Source: Rotaria socialis
Taxonomy: Eukaryota
Length of the DNA stretch: 64,000 nucleotides
Reading direction: 5' to 3'
Assembly (NCBI GenBank): GCA_905331295.1
Contig: CAJNYD010000449.1
Location: 1-64,000, forward strand
Positions 1-12,576 of this stretch are shown here, one piece after another. The translations under genes and the position numbers were made by a program. The stretch's first letter is position 1, and every line of letters begins with the position of its first letter. The notes under the pieces were generated by a model. The model was not told the origin of the DNA, did not search any database, and was given only the letters and a program-made list of their open reading frames with translations.

Positions 1-426
1 CTACATCTTTATTTGTGATAGTCTATTCTTTTTATGTGAAATAAAATCATAAACTGATAATCTATAAATTATTATAGGAAATTGCCCACTTCTCTCTTAC
101 TTTTGTATTAGTAAACTTGCAAAAGATGGCAGATCTAGTGTGATTCTAATATCATCGATACATTCCGACAAGATTAAAAAAATATCCTTTAAAAACCAAG
201 TGACTATGTAAAACATTGGATGTGAATATTTTTCGTAATACTATGTTTACCTACCAAAATTGTCAATATCTTAAAAATTGATTATCTCGGTCCTGACTCG
301 CTATGGACACGTAAGATTTAAAATTTGTTAGTTTGGCGGTGAGAGTAATAATTTGATCCGAATGCGGTCGATTAACTCGATGAACAATACAAAAGGTTCC
401 ATTGTTAGTATATTATTATCTTAAAG

Positions 427-1020
427 CCATGGGATGGTAAAAATTTATTGAAAGTTACTGGTCGAGATATTGGGGACTACGCTAGAAAATTACTCGATAT
501 TTTATTTACAACACAAGAATTACAATCCAGGATTCTGCCATCACAAGCTGCACACTTGTATCAAAAAGAAGTTTTGGACGAGGATCGTTTCAAAATTCTA
601 AATGGTAAGTGAAAAATATATATAACCATCAACAAGGACGATTTAGTAAACAGTTAAAAACATTATAACCTAATTTTTCTTCAAAAAAGATGTAAACGGA
701 ATCGATGAATTCTTTTTGTCTTGCTAATCTTCATAGTAACATCTATAACTTCTCATTCTCAGAAAACTTGGACTTTATGCTACAATAAACCAGAAGCAAT
801 ATGTTGCTGCAATTTATTACTCTTTAATGACCCAACAAATAAAATCATAGAATTTTTTTAGATGCCGTACGTGCGCGTACGTGTCAAATATCGACTATCA
901 GAAGATGGGTATCGTCGGTATTACACTAATACTTTACGTGTAAAATTAAGTCGTTATCTATATGATCAAGGGTCAAGAAAATTGAAACAACCAGGAAATA
1001 ACCAACAGCAACTATCTTAA
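427..1020 (+). pseudogene. BEN-domain protein fragment, frameshifted, probably transposon-borne
   Basis: Exon 427-604 translates PWDGKNLLKVTGRDIGDYARKLLDILFTTQELQSRILPSQAAHLYQKEVLDEDRFKILN, a BEN-like 'ARxLLxxLFTxxEL...LDxxR' pattern. It is followed by a GTAAGT donor and an acceptor at 860-861. The second exon (DAVR/VKYRLSEDGYRRYYTNTLRVKLSRYLYDQ) is shifted out of frame by a 10-nt insertion. Confidence 0.6.
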
Positions 1021-1384
1021 CAACAACAACAACAATAACAGCAACGAACGACGACAGCTAGTTCCATTGAAAGTAATCATTCTTACACTGCACATATGAA
1101 TGATTGAAACACTAATATGTCTATTAATGTTTGAACTGTATTTTTGTTTTGATTTGAAATATTTTCTATATAACAACTTGTTTTACTCTTCTGAAATTGT
1201 TCATGTTGAATGTACGTCTTCTTTTACTTGTTAATTGTTATATTGTTGCTCGTGTGTTTTTTGTGTGGTTATTTCGTCTAATCCTTGTACTTATTTTGCG
1301 TGATTGAAGATGAAAATAAATTAATTAAAGATAATTAAATAATATTAAATTTATAAAAAAAAGATAAATTGGCCAGTATGAATC

Positions 1385-1647
1385 TGACTTAAAACGCCGG
1401 AAAACGGTGAGATTAAGGTGACGAAGGACGAAAATGGAGTCCTTTTATAACTCGACGTTTTTCATCGGAAACGGCCTTAAACGACGTCGTTAACGTTCCG
1501 AGGAAAAACGGTCCGTAATCCGAGCTGACGGAAAACGGTGAAAAACGGCGGTCGTTTTTCATCGTTTAGGGCATTAATTATGCCGTTTCTTGACCGTTTC
1601 AGGCAGTTTAATGCCATCTTTCAGACGATCTGAATGATGGACCTGGG
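1385..1647. mobile_element. Right terminus of a CCC-terminated (CMC/EnSpm-like) DNA transposon with subterminal AAACGG/CCGTTT repeats
   Basis: GC-richer block with repeated AAACGG and CCGTTT motifs, ending ...GACCTGGG (reverse complement CCCAGGTC) directly against coding sequence. The left end is not in the window, so TIR and TSD cannot be confirmed. Confidence 0.55.
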
Positions 1648-1649
1648 AT

Positions 1650-2535
1650 ATAACTGAAGGTGTTGTTGATGTTATTGTTTATCCAAGTGCACATGATAAA
1701 ACAAAAAATCGAGGCTTTGCTTTTGTTGAATATGAAAGTCACCGATCAGCAGCTATGGCTAGAATAAAACTATTACCAGGAAAAATTCAATTATGGGGGC
1801 ATCAAATTGCTGTCGATTGGGCTGAACCTGAAACTGAAGTTGATGAAGATGTTATGGCAAATGTAAAAAAAGAAAATATCATTGAAAGAAAACTGTTTTT
1901 AAACATTTCATTTTTAATTCAGGTTCGAGTACTCTATGTCAGAAATTTAATGATGAATACAACCGAAGAACAAATTAAAGAAATTTTTCAACGCTTTAAA
2001 TCTAATTCAGTTGAACATGTTAAAAAATTAAAAGATTACGCATTTGTTCATTTTAAAGAACGTGATGATGCTTTACATGCAATGAATCTGATGAATGGTA
2101 TTTATTTTTGACTTTTCTTTTACTTTTTTTGATTTTAATTAGGTCGAGAAATCGATGGTTCGATTGTTGAAGTTACATTAGCTAAACCTGTTGATAAAAA
2201 TCAATATTTTCGATTTACACGTGGTGTTAGTCAATCGACCCTTGCTGCAAATATGCCAGTAAACTTTTTCTCTATTATGTTCATGACAAGCTACACATAA
2301 GTATGTATCTATGCATTATTTTAGTTTGGTTTACCAGCTGGTAGTGTTGCTCCAATAACAGCAACGTTCGATTTAACACCTCATTTAACAGCTATTCCTT
2401 ATATAACATTTCCAAGTACACAATTACATACAAATGCAACGTCGATACCAAAAAGTAACTATACCAAAAAATAACTACACCAATAAATAATGGAGCTACA
2501 ATTCTATCTACTGGTGGCAATGTTCTTCAACAAAA
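1650..2535 (+). pseudogene. RBM47/RBM46/A1CF-family RRM protein (RRM2-RRM3 and tail), 5'-interrupted and with a frameshifted tail
   Basis: [80 protein letters not shown]... closely matches RBM47/A1CF RRM2-3. Exons 1650-1862, 1923-2097, 2143-2258, 2325-2535. Starts mid-domain at the transposon end with an upstream in-frame TGA (1635). Possible last exon 4762-4795. Confidence 0.75.
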
Positions 2536-2590
2536 GTAAGAATTGTATTATTCATTACACGAATTTCATCTTTCATAATTATATACTATA

Positions 2591-3549
2591 CTAGTGGAGG
2601 TACCCGATGAAAAGGGAATATAGTTAAAGTTTTGCATCTTCCAGCTGACTTTTCGTGCCGTGCATGACACGTCTTCTACACGACTGTTCCCACTGTGGGT
2701 GAGTTATCTGCAACAGAACTTTTCCTGCCGTACGTCAGACCTCTTCCACAGGACTTTTCTCACCGTACCTGCAACCTCTGCTACAAATTTTTCCCCACCG
2801 TGCGTGATGTATCTTTCACATAGCTTTTCCCGCCGTGCATTAGGCATCTTCAACAGGACTCTTCTCACCGAGCTCAAGCTGACATATTCACTCACATCCG
2901 CCCTGGACACGATCACTCTCGAATTTGCATTGAACTGCGTCATTTGATTAGAAAGTGAGTAAAATCGCGATGTCTTACGGCTTGGATGAAATTTCACGCA
3001 CGCCTCCCCTCTCACTCCGATCAGCCTGCCGACTTTCTTTTGCACTCAAGAAACTGACACGGATATTTCCGTGACGCTATCTCTCACGACGACTAAATAC
3101 ATAGCGAACAGACTCATCAGAATCTCGATCCGTGTTGACCGGGGTGAAATTCCATCTCACTTGTTGCTTTCTTCATTCGATAGATATTTCCATCTATACG
3201 GTTCCGCTTTGTCTTATACATTCTATTCGTCTTTTTTCGAGCACCCTAAAATGTCTTGTGCCGAATGGCAAAAGTTCAAGTTTTTATATACTTTTGCTCT
3301 CAAGTCATGGAAGAGCAATCATGCGCGCAAATTCTCTGGAAAAGACATTTACTATAGTACATTTAACAATGAGTGGGGGGAGGCAAACACCCCCCCCCCT
3401 GATGTGAAAATTTGGGGTTGAAAACTACACTATGGCCTTCTCCTGGTCGAAAGGGTATTCTCTGCAAAATTTCATTGTATTTGCTCGCACCGTGTCGAAA
3501 TGCATGAAGAACAAACAGACAAACTTTCTTCTTTATATATATAGATAGA
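2591..3549 (-). mobile_element. Non-autonomous Helitron-like element
   Basis: On the minus strand it begins TCTATCTATATATATAAAG and ends with a short CCC..GGG hairpin followed by ...CCACTAG. Inserted between A and T with no TSD. GC-richer than its flanks. Confidence 0.75.
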
Positions 3550-3887
3550 TGTTACGCACTTACTTGTAGTTTGCAATCGTTTTTTTGGTAGAATATTGTA
3601 AGGTTAGTTAATCACTATCCAATGTAGTCCAATATACTTCTATTTTTTGTTTGTGAACAAACTAATAAACTGACGTTTATTATGTAAAAGTGGCGGGTGT
3701 TTATTTATACTGATAGGTATGGAATCGAAGGGAAGATACTGGAAACAGGTAGAGAAGATAGTACTTGTCAATCAAATGACGCATAACAATCGCGAGAAGA
3801 GAAAGGAATATATCAGAAAGAGAACGACAGACGATGTGATGTAACACTGACCGATGGATGACAACCAGAAGATGGCGCTACATAACA
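3550..3887 (-). mobile_element. Solo LTR (Gypsy/BEL-like)
   Basis: TGTTA...TAACA termini. The minus strand starts TGTTATGTAGCGCCATCT and carries TATAAATA and AATAAA. With the Helitron removed, the flanks are CTATA (2586-2590) and CAATA (3888-3892), a 5-bp TSD with one mismatch. Confidence 0.6.
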
Positions 3888-4049
3888 CAATATGTATATT
3901 TTATATGTTGCTTGAATCGTCGAAGAATAAGGAACATTTTAGTGAATATATCGCTTTTTAGTGAAAAACAATAGAAAAATACATTTATTTATCTATTTAT
4001 TCTGAAGCAAAACACTGGAACATATTAATAACGTCATTTCATAACGTGA

Positions 4050-4379
4050 GATGAAAATTCCACTGTGATATGGCTTGGGTGAAGTTTCACCCAGGCATCG
4101 TCTCTGTGCCCTTATCAATAGTACCAACCCTCTTGAAGCCTTCCCCTGGGCTCAGGAAAGCACCGTGGAAAGTTTGGTAATGTTTGCTAATACAAAGTCA
4201 TCTGGGTGAAATTTCATCCAAGTACCCCCCCCCCTACTGGGGCGCCGATCTCCTCATGACCTTTCCCTGGGCCTAGGGAAGTACCATGGAAAGTTTGGCG
4301 ACCGTAGCTGTTACAGGGACTGAATGCATAACGAACAAACAGACAAACATTCCTCTTTATATATATAATAGAAGATAGA
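4050..4379 (-). mobile_element. Second, 3'-truncated Helitron-like element related to 2591-3549
   Basis: Shares the terminal block ATGCAT..GAACAAACAGACAAAC.TT.TCTTTATATATAT..GATAGAT and a poly-C tract with the first element. No CTAG end found; the left boundary is approximate. Confidence 0.6.
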
Positions 4380-4997
4380 TATATCGGGAATAAACGCTGC
4401 ACGAGACCTATTGATTGTCCAGTTTTAGTTTTCACTGTATAGCATCATACATATTACTGTATTTTCAATAAAAAATTCGTTAAACTGTAAAATTTTACCA
4501 TTCAACATGAAATTAAAATTGGATTCAGATATAATTTTTTCAATTCAATTCAAGTTAACCGTGAGCTGTTAGTATTCAACAATTTTACTGTCAACAACAT
4601 GATTCTTTATGCAACATAAAAGCTTTATGCTTGAAGTTTTTATATAACTATTAATCAAACGTAGCCATTCGTTTTTTTCTCAAAGAAAAAATTTAAATTA
4701 AAACAAGAAATCTTCTTTTAACGTCTGAGAAATTGATTTGAAAATATTTTCTATCTTGTAGGCGAAGAATCTTCAAAAGTAACATTTATTTATGATTGTA
4801 GAAAAAAGAAAAGATCATATGTATATATATATGTGTATCAGAAGAACAAAGGCAAATCATTATTGTTATCGGACGTAAGAGATTCTATCATCAGGAAAAG
4901 ATTGCACAGTTTTGCCTAGAGATAAAAAATAAGATTTGTTTTATGATATGACAAAATAAATGACAAGAACTATATAAATTGATTTGAACAGAAAATT

Positions 4998-5384
4998 TTA
5001 ATAAGGATCAATCGTATCGATTTGTTCAAGTAGTTTAGGCATCACAGGCTGTTGTCTAAATGCAACAGGAGAAGGAGATTAAAATAAAAGAATAGAATAA
5101 AAGATAACTGTACTTACTGTCCAATAGGTACTGACATAATAGGCTGAATAAAATGAATATCATTATCAAGTTTATCTATTTGAATTTCATTGATCTGTTG
5201 TTGTTGTTGTTGTTGTTTTTTAGGTACAATATTTTCTTTTTGTGAATAATCTTCTTCCATTTCATCATCCATAATAACTGCAGCTACATTGGTTTCTAGA
5301 GTTGTTTTTCGTCGAGAACGATCAATAAATACTTCCGAATCTAGGTTGCATTCTTGTTCAAGTGTAAGAAACGATTCATCGTTT

Positions 5385-5417
<33 letters not shown>

Positions 5418-7267
5418 ATTGGAGTTGACATTTGTTCGCTGAGCAAAAGACACTCAAGTCCTTTCAACATTCCCTCATCAGTCGTTGGTAATATTGTTTC
5501 TGGTACTACTGATAATGGCGGTGATATATGACAACGTATTATGGTTGTATCGTCATTCATGAAATCACTATTAGAATCATCGCCACTTATTGTTGCAATT
5601 GTATTACAACATGTAACAAATGAATTTGGCATTTGTTTACTCATTTGATCACGAAATATTTCTCGTGCTTGTTGTCCACAATCAAGTGACGCATAAAATT
5701 TTGTAACAATATGATCAAATGGTGTTTTTTGTGTTTGTTGATCATTATCATAACGATTAATATGTTTAGGTAAATGTTCTAAATGGTCAAGTGTTTTATG
5801 TACTTGTTCAGTGCGTTCGATTGTTGTATTCATTTGTTCAAGTGTTAATTTCAGTTTAGCAAAATTTTCATCAGATATTGAATGAGAAGCAAGACGTTTT
5901 TCAAGAGAAATATTAGCTGCTTGTACAAGATCATTAAGAGTAACTGTGGTCGATGCTGCTGATGATGTTTCACTAATTCTTGGATATAAACGACTTATTC
6001 GATTGGAAACTAAAAGATATCAATTTCATTGCCTCTTTTTTTCTGTTCAAAGAAAATAATTTACCATTTTCTTGTTTATTAACAATATCATGTACTTGTT
6101 GACATATATTTGGTAATAAACCAATATCAACACCCATGGATGGTAATGATGTTGATAGACTATGTTTAGTAAACCATTCTAGTTTATTATAAATATCTGA
6201 ATTGATTCTCTTATGAAGATCTTGAACTAAATTTGAAAATATTTCGAATTGATTTTCATCAATAATTTGTGATTGATCAAATGATCCTAAAATTAATAAA
6301 TAATGAAATGAAAAATTAAGAATTCTTTTAGTTTTTATTCTATTTTTACCATCAATAATTTCTGTTTTTTCTCTAATTTTCTCTAAATAATTAATTAATT
6401 TATAAATACGTTCATCCAATTCATTTTTTGTTTTTTCATATTCAATACGTTCACGTTTTTCATTAGCTATTTTACTGAAAAACATCATATAATGCCGTTG
6501 TGTATCAGCTTTAATCATACGAATTTGTCGTTTGAGACGTTCTTTGGTTAAATCAACATTTTGAAAATTTTCATTTATTAGAAAACGTTCTTGAATATCA
6601 ATTGGTTCTAAACGACGTATTAAACATAATTGTGATAAATAAAATAGACAAATAAAATAGCGTGGTGAACATGATGGAACTGGAATCAATTGAGGCCATG
6701 GATATTGTTGATAGTTTTCAGACTAAAATAAAAATAAAACGATAGTACTTTGTAGTTACTCATCTTGTTTAATTTTAAAGTCTATATTATTACCAATAAT
6801 TTAAAATGTTGCTTTACAATTCGATTAAATTCTTGTTGTTTATCAATGGCCATTGGTGGAAAACAATGTGTTGTATCACGCAAATATTGTGTTTGTTGTG
6901 AATCAGATAGATATGTTAAAAGAAGAAAGTGTGTTACAAGACGAATAAGTTCAGTTGAATTTGATAATTCATCGATGGATATTTGTTGTTGTTGTTGGCC
7001 CGTGCGATAACGGCAAAATATAGATGAACATTCAATGCCAAGCAAAAGTAAATTTGAATATAGAAAACGTATTGTTAATGAATTTTCGTCAAGACCATAT
7101 GATTCCCATAAAGTACCATTATTCGATTGAAGAATTTGTGTGGCTGGTGAACGACGTGGTGATGCTTTTGGTGTACTAAATCGAACAAGACCACGTTGAT
7201 GAGATATTGGAGTCTGTTGTGGACGTACACGATTACGATTTGGTGTTGGCAAAGGTGGTCGTTGCAT
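4998..7267 (-). CDS. HAUS6: HAUS augmin-like complex subunit 6 (dgt6)-like
   Basis: The N-terminus has LYSNLLLLG..., HCFPPMAIDKQQEFNRIVKQHF and WPQLIPVPSCSPRYFICLFYLSQL, resembling the HAUS6 N-terminal domain (CWPP..DTEFRK..FPQV..SPGGPKF). A coiled coil and low-complexity tail follow. Multi-exon; stop TAA at 4998-5000. Confidence 0.6.
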
Positions 7268-7472
7268 TTTATTTGACTTTCTAGATTATTATATTAGTGA
7301 TGAACGAATAATGAGTGTAAATAGATAAAGAACAAGTAGTTCCGTAGAATACCAGCATTATGAAAAAAAAACAAAGTCACGGATTGGTTGTTTATATTGT
7401 ATAATCAATTCTTACTGTGCTTACTTTTCTATTTTGCATAGTCATTCATTTTGTGAAAGCGCAAAATAATAA
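7268..7472. promoter_or_regulatory. Candidate bidirectional promoter
   Basis: Only 205 bp separate the divergent ATGs of HAUS6-like (7267, -) and the CDF transporter (7473, +). Confidence 0.5.
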
Positions 7473-10194
7473 ATGGAGCCTATCATGACTATAAAAAATG
7501 ACCAAGAACTTGCCACAGCAGAAATCAATCCCGAAGCTTCAGAAAATATGTAAGTTTAAGATAAATGATCAATCACATAATTGCACTAATTCATTAATAT
7601 TACTAAAGGAAACAATTGACTCTTCAGTATGAAAGATTGCATTCGAATTATTCGTTAAAATTTTAAAAAAAATCGTCACATTGATTTAATCTATTCGTCT
7701 TAATGATGTTTCTTGTTAAAATTAGAAAATTTCATCATTTAACAGCATGTAGCTATCTGTTGCATTAAATATAGTTTGCGTGATCGATTCATATAGAGTC
7801 AATCGTTTTTCCTTTGGCTTTTATTTTTTGCCTTCTGCACTCACAAACTCGGTGATTGTAAATAATTAAATTTATTTCCAGTATTCTTCTTCCACGAACT
7901 GCGTCTAGTAAGTTTATTTTTATTCATAAATGCCCTACATCTCTATACTGTGGCTTTTGTGATTACTCGTTATATAATGTGGTTCTTTGTTTTGATTTGT
8001 TATTGCACGTTTGCCTGTTTTGAATGACACGATTCTAAGAACAGCATAAAATAATTTATGAAATGTATATAAATAAATTTTTCTTCATTTATTTTAGAAA
8101 TTATACGTCAAAGAAGTATTGATTATGTGGATAGTGAGAATAAAATTGAGAAAGGTTTCGTAATTGTTAATTTTCCTCTAGTCATTAGCCTCTTTGTTTT
8201 AAATAGCTACTCCGTCAGGATACTCAGTAAAAGAAATTGCAGCATATCGCCGTGGTAAACGAGTCGGAGATGAAAAATTACCAAAAAAAGTTCGGTATGA
8301 AAAAATACAGAACTATATGTATATTATATCACTATCGCTATTATCTTTATTTTCAAAGGAGTTTTTACAAGAAGCAAGATAGATTCATTACAACTTTAGA
8401 ACGTTTAAATCGTCTTCATTCGAATAAAGATAGTGACGATGACGATGATGATGGTGATGGTGATGGTGGTACTGAAATAAAAGGCCAAAAACGAAAAAAA
8501 ACATCCACCGAGGAGTTAAAGTCAAAACAGAAACGAATCAATCTTTATACGAACTTATCATTATTAGTCAATGTTGTAAGTATTAATATAGAAATCACTT
8601 GATATTTTAGTCTTGATGAATAAAAATAAAAATAAAAATAATTAGACATGACCAATAAATTTAAACGATACATTATGCGACAGAACATGTTTATACGCCA
8701 TCGATAAAGTTCTCTCAAGTATTGTTTAATAAGTTCTATAGGAAAATAATCATTGATTGAATCATCGATAAAACAATTATTCTAGATAAATATTTTCTTG
8801 TCGATTTTAATATCGTTTAGAAAAATCATTATGAAATAACCTTTTTGAATTTTTTGAGTTATTTAACAAGCCGGAAATTTTGAATAAAATTGAAAACATC
8901 AATCTTATTAATCTTTTAGTTTCTTCTCATAGTAAAAATCGCTGCTGCATTTATCTCACACTCATTATCGGTCATATCATCAGTTGTCGACAGTGCTGTC
9001 GATTTGGCATCTAGTGTTATTCTTTTTTGGGCTACACGTGCCATTAAACGACGTGATCCATTTATGTATCCACAAGGTGAAAAGAAAAGAAATTATATTT
9101 ATTGTCTATTTTTATATGTGAACAAGTCTATCTGATTAGGTCGAACACGTCTCGAACCCATTTCTATTATTATTCTTTCGGTAATCATGTGTTCGGCAAG
9201 TATTCAAGTGATATCAGAATCATTACAAACAACTATGGATGATGTTCAAATGCTTCGAAAATATCCATCAAATAGTTCTGAATATGTACATCCAATTAAC
9301 ATGACAGCGTTTCCTGTATCTATTATGGGTATCACTATAGGTAAATCTTTTTGTTTCCAGTTAAATTTGTGTTTGTTACAATGATAATATTGACTAATTT
9401 CAAAGGACTTAAATTGATTCTCTTCTTGCTGTGCTCTCGTGAAAGTAGTGAAACTTTGAATGCTTTAGCTCAAGATCATCGAAATGATGTTTTTTCAAAT
9501 GCTATGGCTCTTGTCTGTGGTATATTAGGTAGGATATTTATCTATTTTAATATTTAACGTCTACAATTCAATTTTTTCTCCAGGCTTTATGGCAAAAAAA
9601 AATCCGATCCGCTATCCTTCAGCTTTAGTATTAACCGATCCAATCGGTGCTATTCTCATATCAGTATATATCGTGATTACATGGATTCGTCAGGCCAATC
9701 GTAAGCTTTCAATTACTGTATTGTAATATTTTAATAATTAAATTTATAAAGAACAAGTCAAACGATTGACTGGGCATACAGCTACTCCAGAATTTCTTCA
9801 ACAGATAACCTGGATTGCATTTCATCATTCATTGTTAATTTTAAAAATTGATACAGTTCGAGCATTTCATTTTGGCACACACTTTCTTGTTGAGGTTTGT
9901 TATTGAATAAAGTGATGTCTTTTTGTTTTCTGTAAGATGTTCATACTACTTTTATTCTCCCTTCAGGTGGATATCGTTCTTCCGGAAGATATGTCACTCA
10001 AAGAAGCGCACGATATTGGAGAAGATTTACAACAAAAAATTGAAAAGATTCCTGAAGTTGAACGAGTATTGAAGAAAAATACTGCTTCTTGTTTTTTGGT
10101 TATTTAATTCTTTTTTTTCTATCTCATTTAGGCATTTGTTCATCTTGATTATGAATTTTATCATAAAGCTAGTGATGAACATAAAGTAGTTTAA
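7473..10194 (+). CDS. Cation diffusion facilitator, Mn-CDF / metal tolerance protein (MTP8-11-like)
   Basis: Spliced motifs [107 protein letters not shown]. Ends HKVV-TAA. Confidence 0.9.
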
Positions 10195-12576
10195 AAATCA
10201 ATTCAAATCCTTGGAAAACCTACTAACAGATCTATGTTCATTCGTACTGTTTTATGATTATTTTTCTGTAATGTAACTGTTTGTCTGCATAAGTCGGTTT
10301 AACACTTTCCATTCCAATATTCTTATCTTTTCACTTCTTTCTTATTCTTTTTTGATTGAGTCATGCTTCCTAGAGAATTCAGTTGTAATGAAAGAGATTG
10401 TCTCGGTGATCATGTTCTTTTAGACAAAATACAAATGCGCAATTCATAATCGAAAATATGATTAGTTTTTATTACGAATGATTTATAATCATTCGTGTAT
10501 AATCGAGTATTTAATTCGAGGGATAATGAAACAAGTAGCATGCATATTCTTTGTTTCATCTCAAGAAAACATCAAGCTTTTCTCCGGCACTTGATAATAT
10601 ATAAGAAAGTTGAAATAGTCGTTACTGTTCTTCAATGTAATTACTTTTATTTTACAGCAGCACGATATAGTAAATTGCTACGTCATTTTGGAAGTTATTT
10701 TCTTATGAAACCAATTTATTGCTGATATGATAACGTACAATTTCTATTCGTTAAAATAAAAATGAATAATTTGTTTGACAAGTAGTGTGAGATAGCTTAA
10801 AACGAAGAGAATACTGTTTCTTCATCTATCTAAATATGCACCGAAGATTAAACATGGATATTTAAGCACAGAAGCGACAAGTACCAGAAAAAAAACATCA
10901 AATTAAACACGAAGTTTAGTGCAATATTAATGACCGAGTATTTTAATCAAGGCATGAGGTTTCTATTTCTTGCCTCTTGCGTTGAATTTGTTGTTATGTT
11001 AGAATTTAAAATGTTTGGCAGAAAAATATTCGACTATATAGTTGTAATAACAATTAGTTATTTCATTTCTAATAATTAATGTTAATCATTAGAAATAAAT
11101 TGATCATATAGTACTTTCCCATTTAAATTTTAATATTCAACCTCATCAACATAAATAATTCGATTCAAATTTTAATGAAAATTTTCTTTTTCACTTTGAC
11201 TTCTGATAGATTCATGGATTTGTCAAAAGACTTGATATTAACGTTGACGCTTTTGATTTACATGTTCAACTTTTTGGTTCGCAAAGTTCTCGTGCTTAAA
11301 AATCCGTGCTAACAAGTTTCTACCATCAACAAAATAGTTATACCACCGAAAATATATTACAGGATATTCAATCGTGCATGCATAAACCTATGAATCATAG
11401 GCTATGATTAGGGCTGCATGAGATTGTTAAATGACCCTTAAAAAGATCAAATCAGCTTTCAATTCAAAAGAAGGAGAATACTGAGTTGGCGAAAAATCTT
11501 TCTGTTTATAATAAGCGCATATTAGTAATAGAACAGAGGATTTAAAAAAAATATTATCCAGATGTTTCATTCGAAATAAAACAGAAGAAAAGCAGACCAT
11601 CCAGTATTAGGCGAGAATGTTTTTATCAATTTCTTAAATTCAAACAAGAAGTAAACTTACAGACCTAAACTCTACATTTAAATTATATATATATATATGA
11701 GAGTTTTCCTTGAATAATCAATAAAAGTATCGTTAAAGCTCTATAATCCTGCGCAACGAATATACACTTGAATAATGGTTTCTATAGTGATAACGCTCAT
11801 TTTTATTTATACTTTAATTTTTTAAATATTAATCAATTAACTGTAAGTGTCTTTGGCCCTTGAGCTTTCTTATATTCATTAAAAAAGATACTAAAATTAG
11901 ATCCTTTTCTTGATGGAAAATGCTTGAAGATTCTTAGTGACAATTTGAGAATCTGAAATACGTCCAACAAGTTTCTTTACAATATTGTTGAGATAAGTGA
12001 AGCACCAACAATCTATGTTCATCTGTACAACATATTCCTGGAAAAACTATTGTTTTCGTTATGCCAACGTTACTTTTCTAAACTTGCACAGGCAATTTTC
12101 ATGATTAGAATAGCTGGCTATGATGTTTTTACGATGAATAAGAACATTTTTGAACAGAAATCTTTATCATTCTGGCACATGTATAAATTGAAATTAAATA
12201 AAAAATGAGAATAACTGGCACCTCAGCAAAGTGATCCACGGTGGGTATCATGTTGTATTTCATATAAATACTCGTCTTGTAAAGAATATTACAATATTAT
12301 ATTAGTTTCTTTAGTGGTAATTATTTTCATCCTACAAAATTGCATTTTCAACAGATTCGATAGCAAATCGAATCATTAATATTTAGCGTTCGAGCCTCTA
12401 TTACTCAATAAGACTCATCAAATTGCTAAGTCTATGTGGAAAAATAATTTCTATAAAATTTTATGAAAATCAGTCAAAGAAACGAACTTTATTCATTTAA
12501 GATAAATGAAATTCATTGTATCTAATGCATGTCAGAAGTCTGAATGATATATTATACGAGGTTCAATCTGACATAC

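Noticed and set aside
4214..4435. 73-aa ORF (and ORFs at 2660-3421)
   Set aside because: They lie in Helitron-like repeats and have no recognisable domain; probably spurious.
5289..5531. Antisense or alternate-frame ORFs overlapping real genes (also 6765, 14116, 15004, 24381, 43330, 53084 etc.)
   Set aside because: Shadows of the true coding frames or low-complexity repeats.
7473..10194. Plant/fungal-like MTP transporter as a horizontal transfer
   Set aside because: Mn-CDF family members also occur in invertebrates, and this gene has many host-type introns and host composition. Without a phylogeny HGT is unsupported.
11920..12300. Possible decayed coding sequence on the minus strand
   Set aside because: No consistent frame or diagnostic motif.
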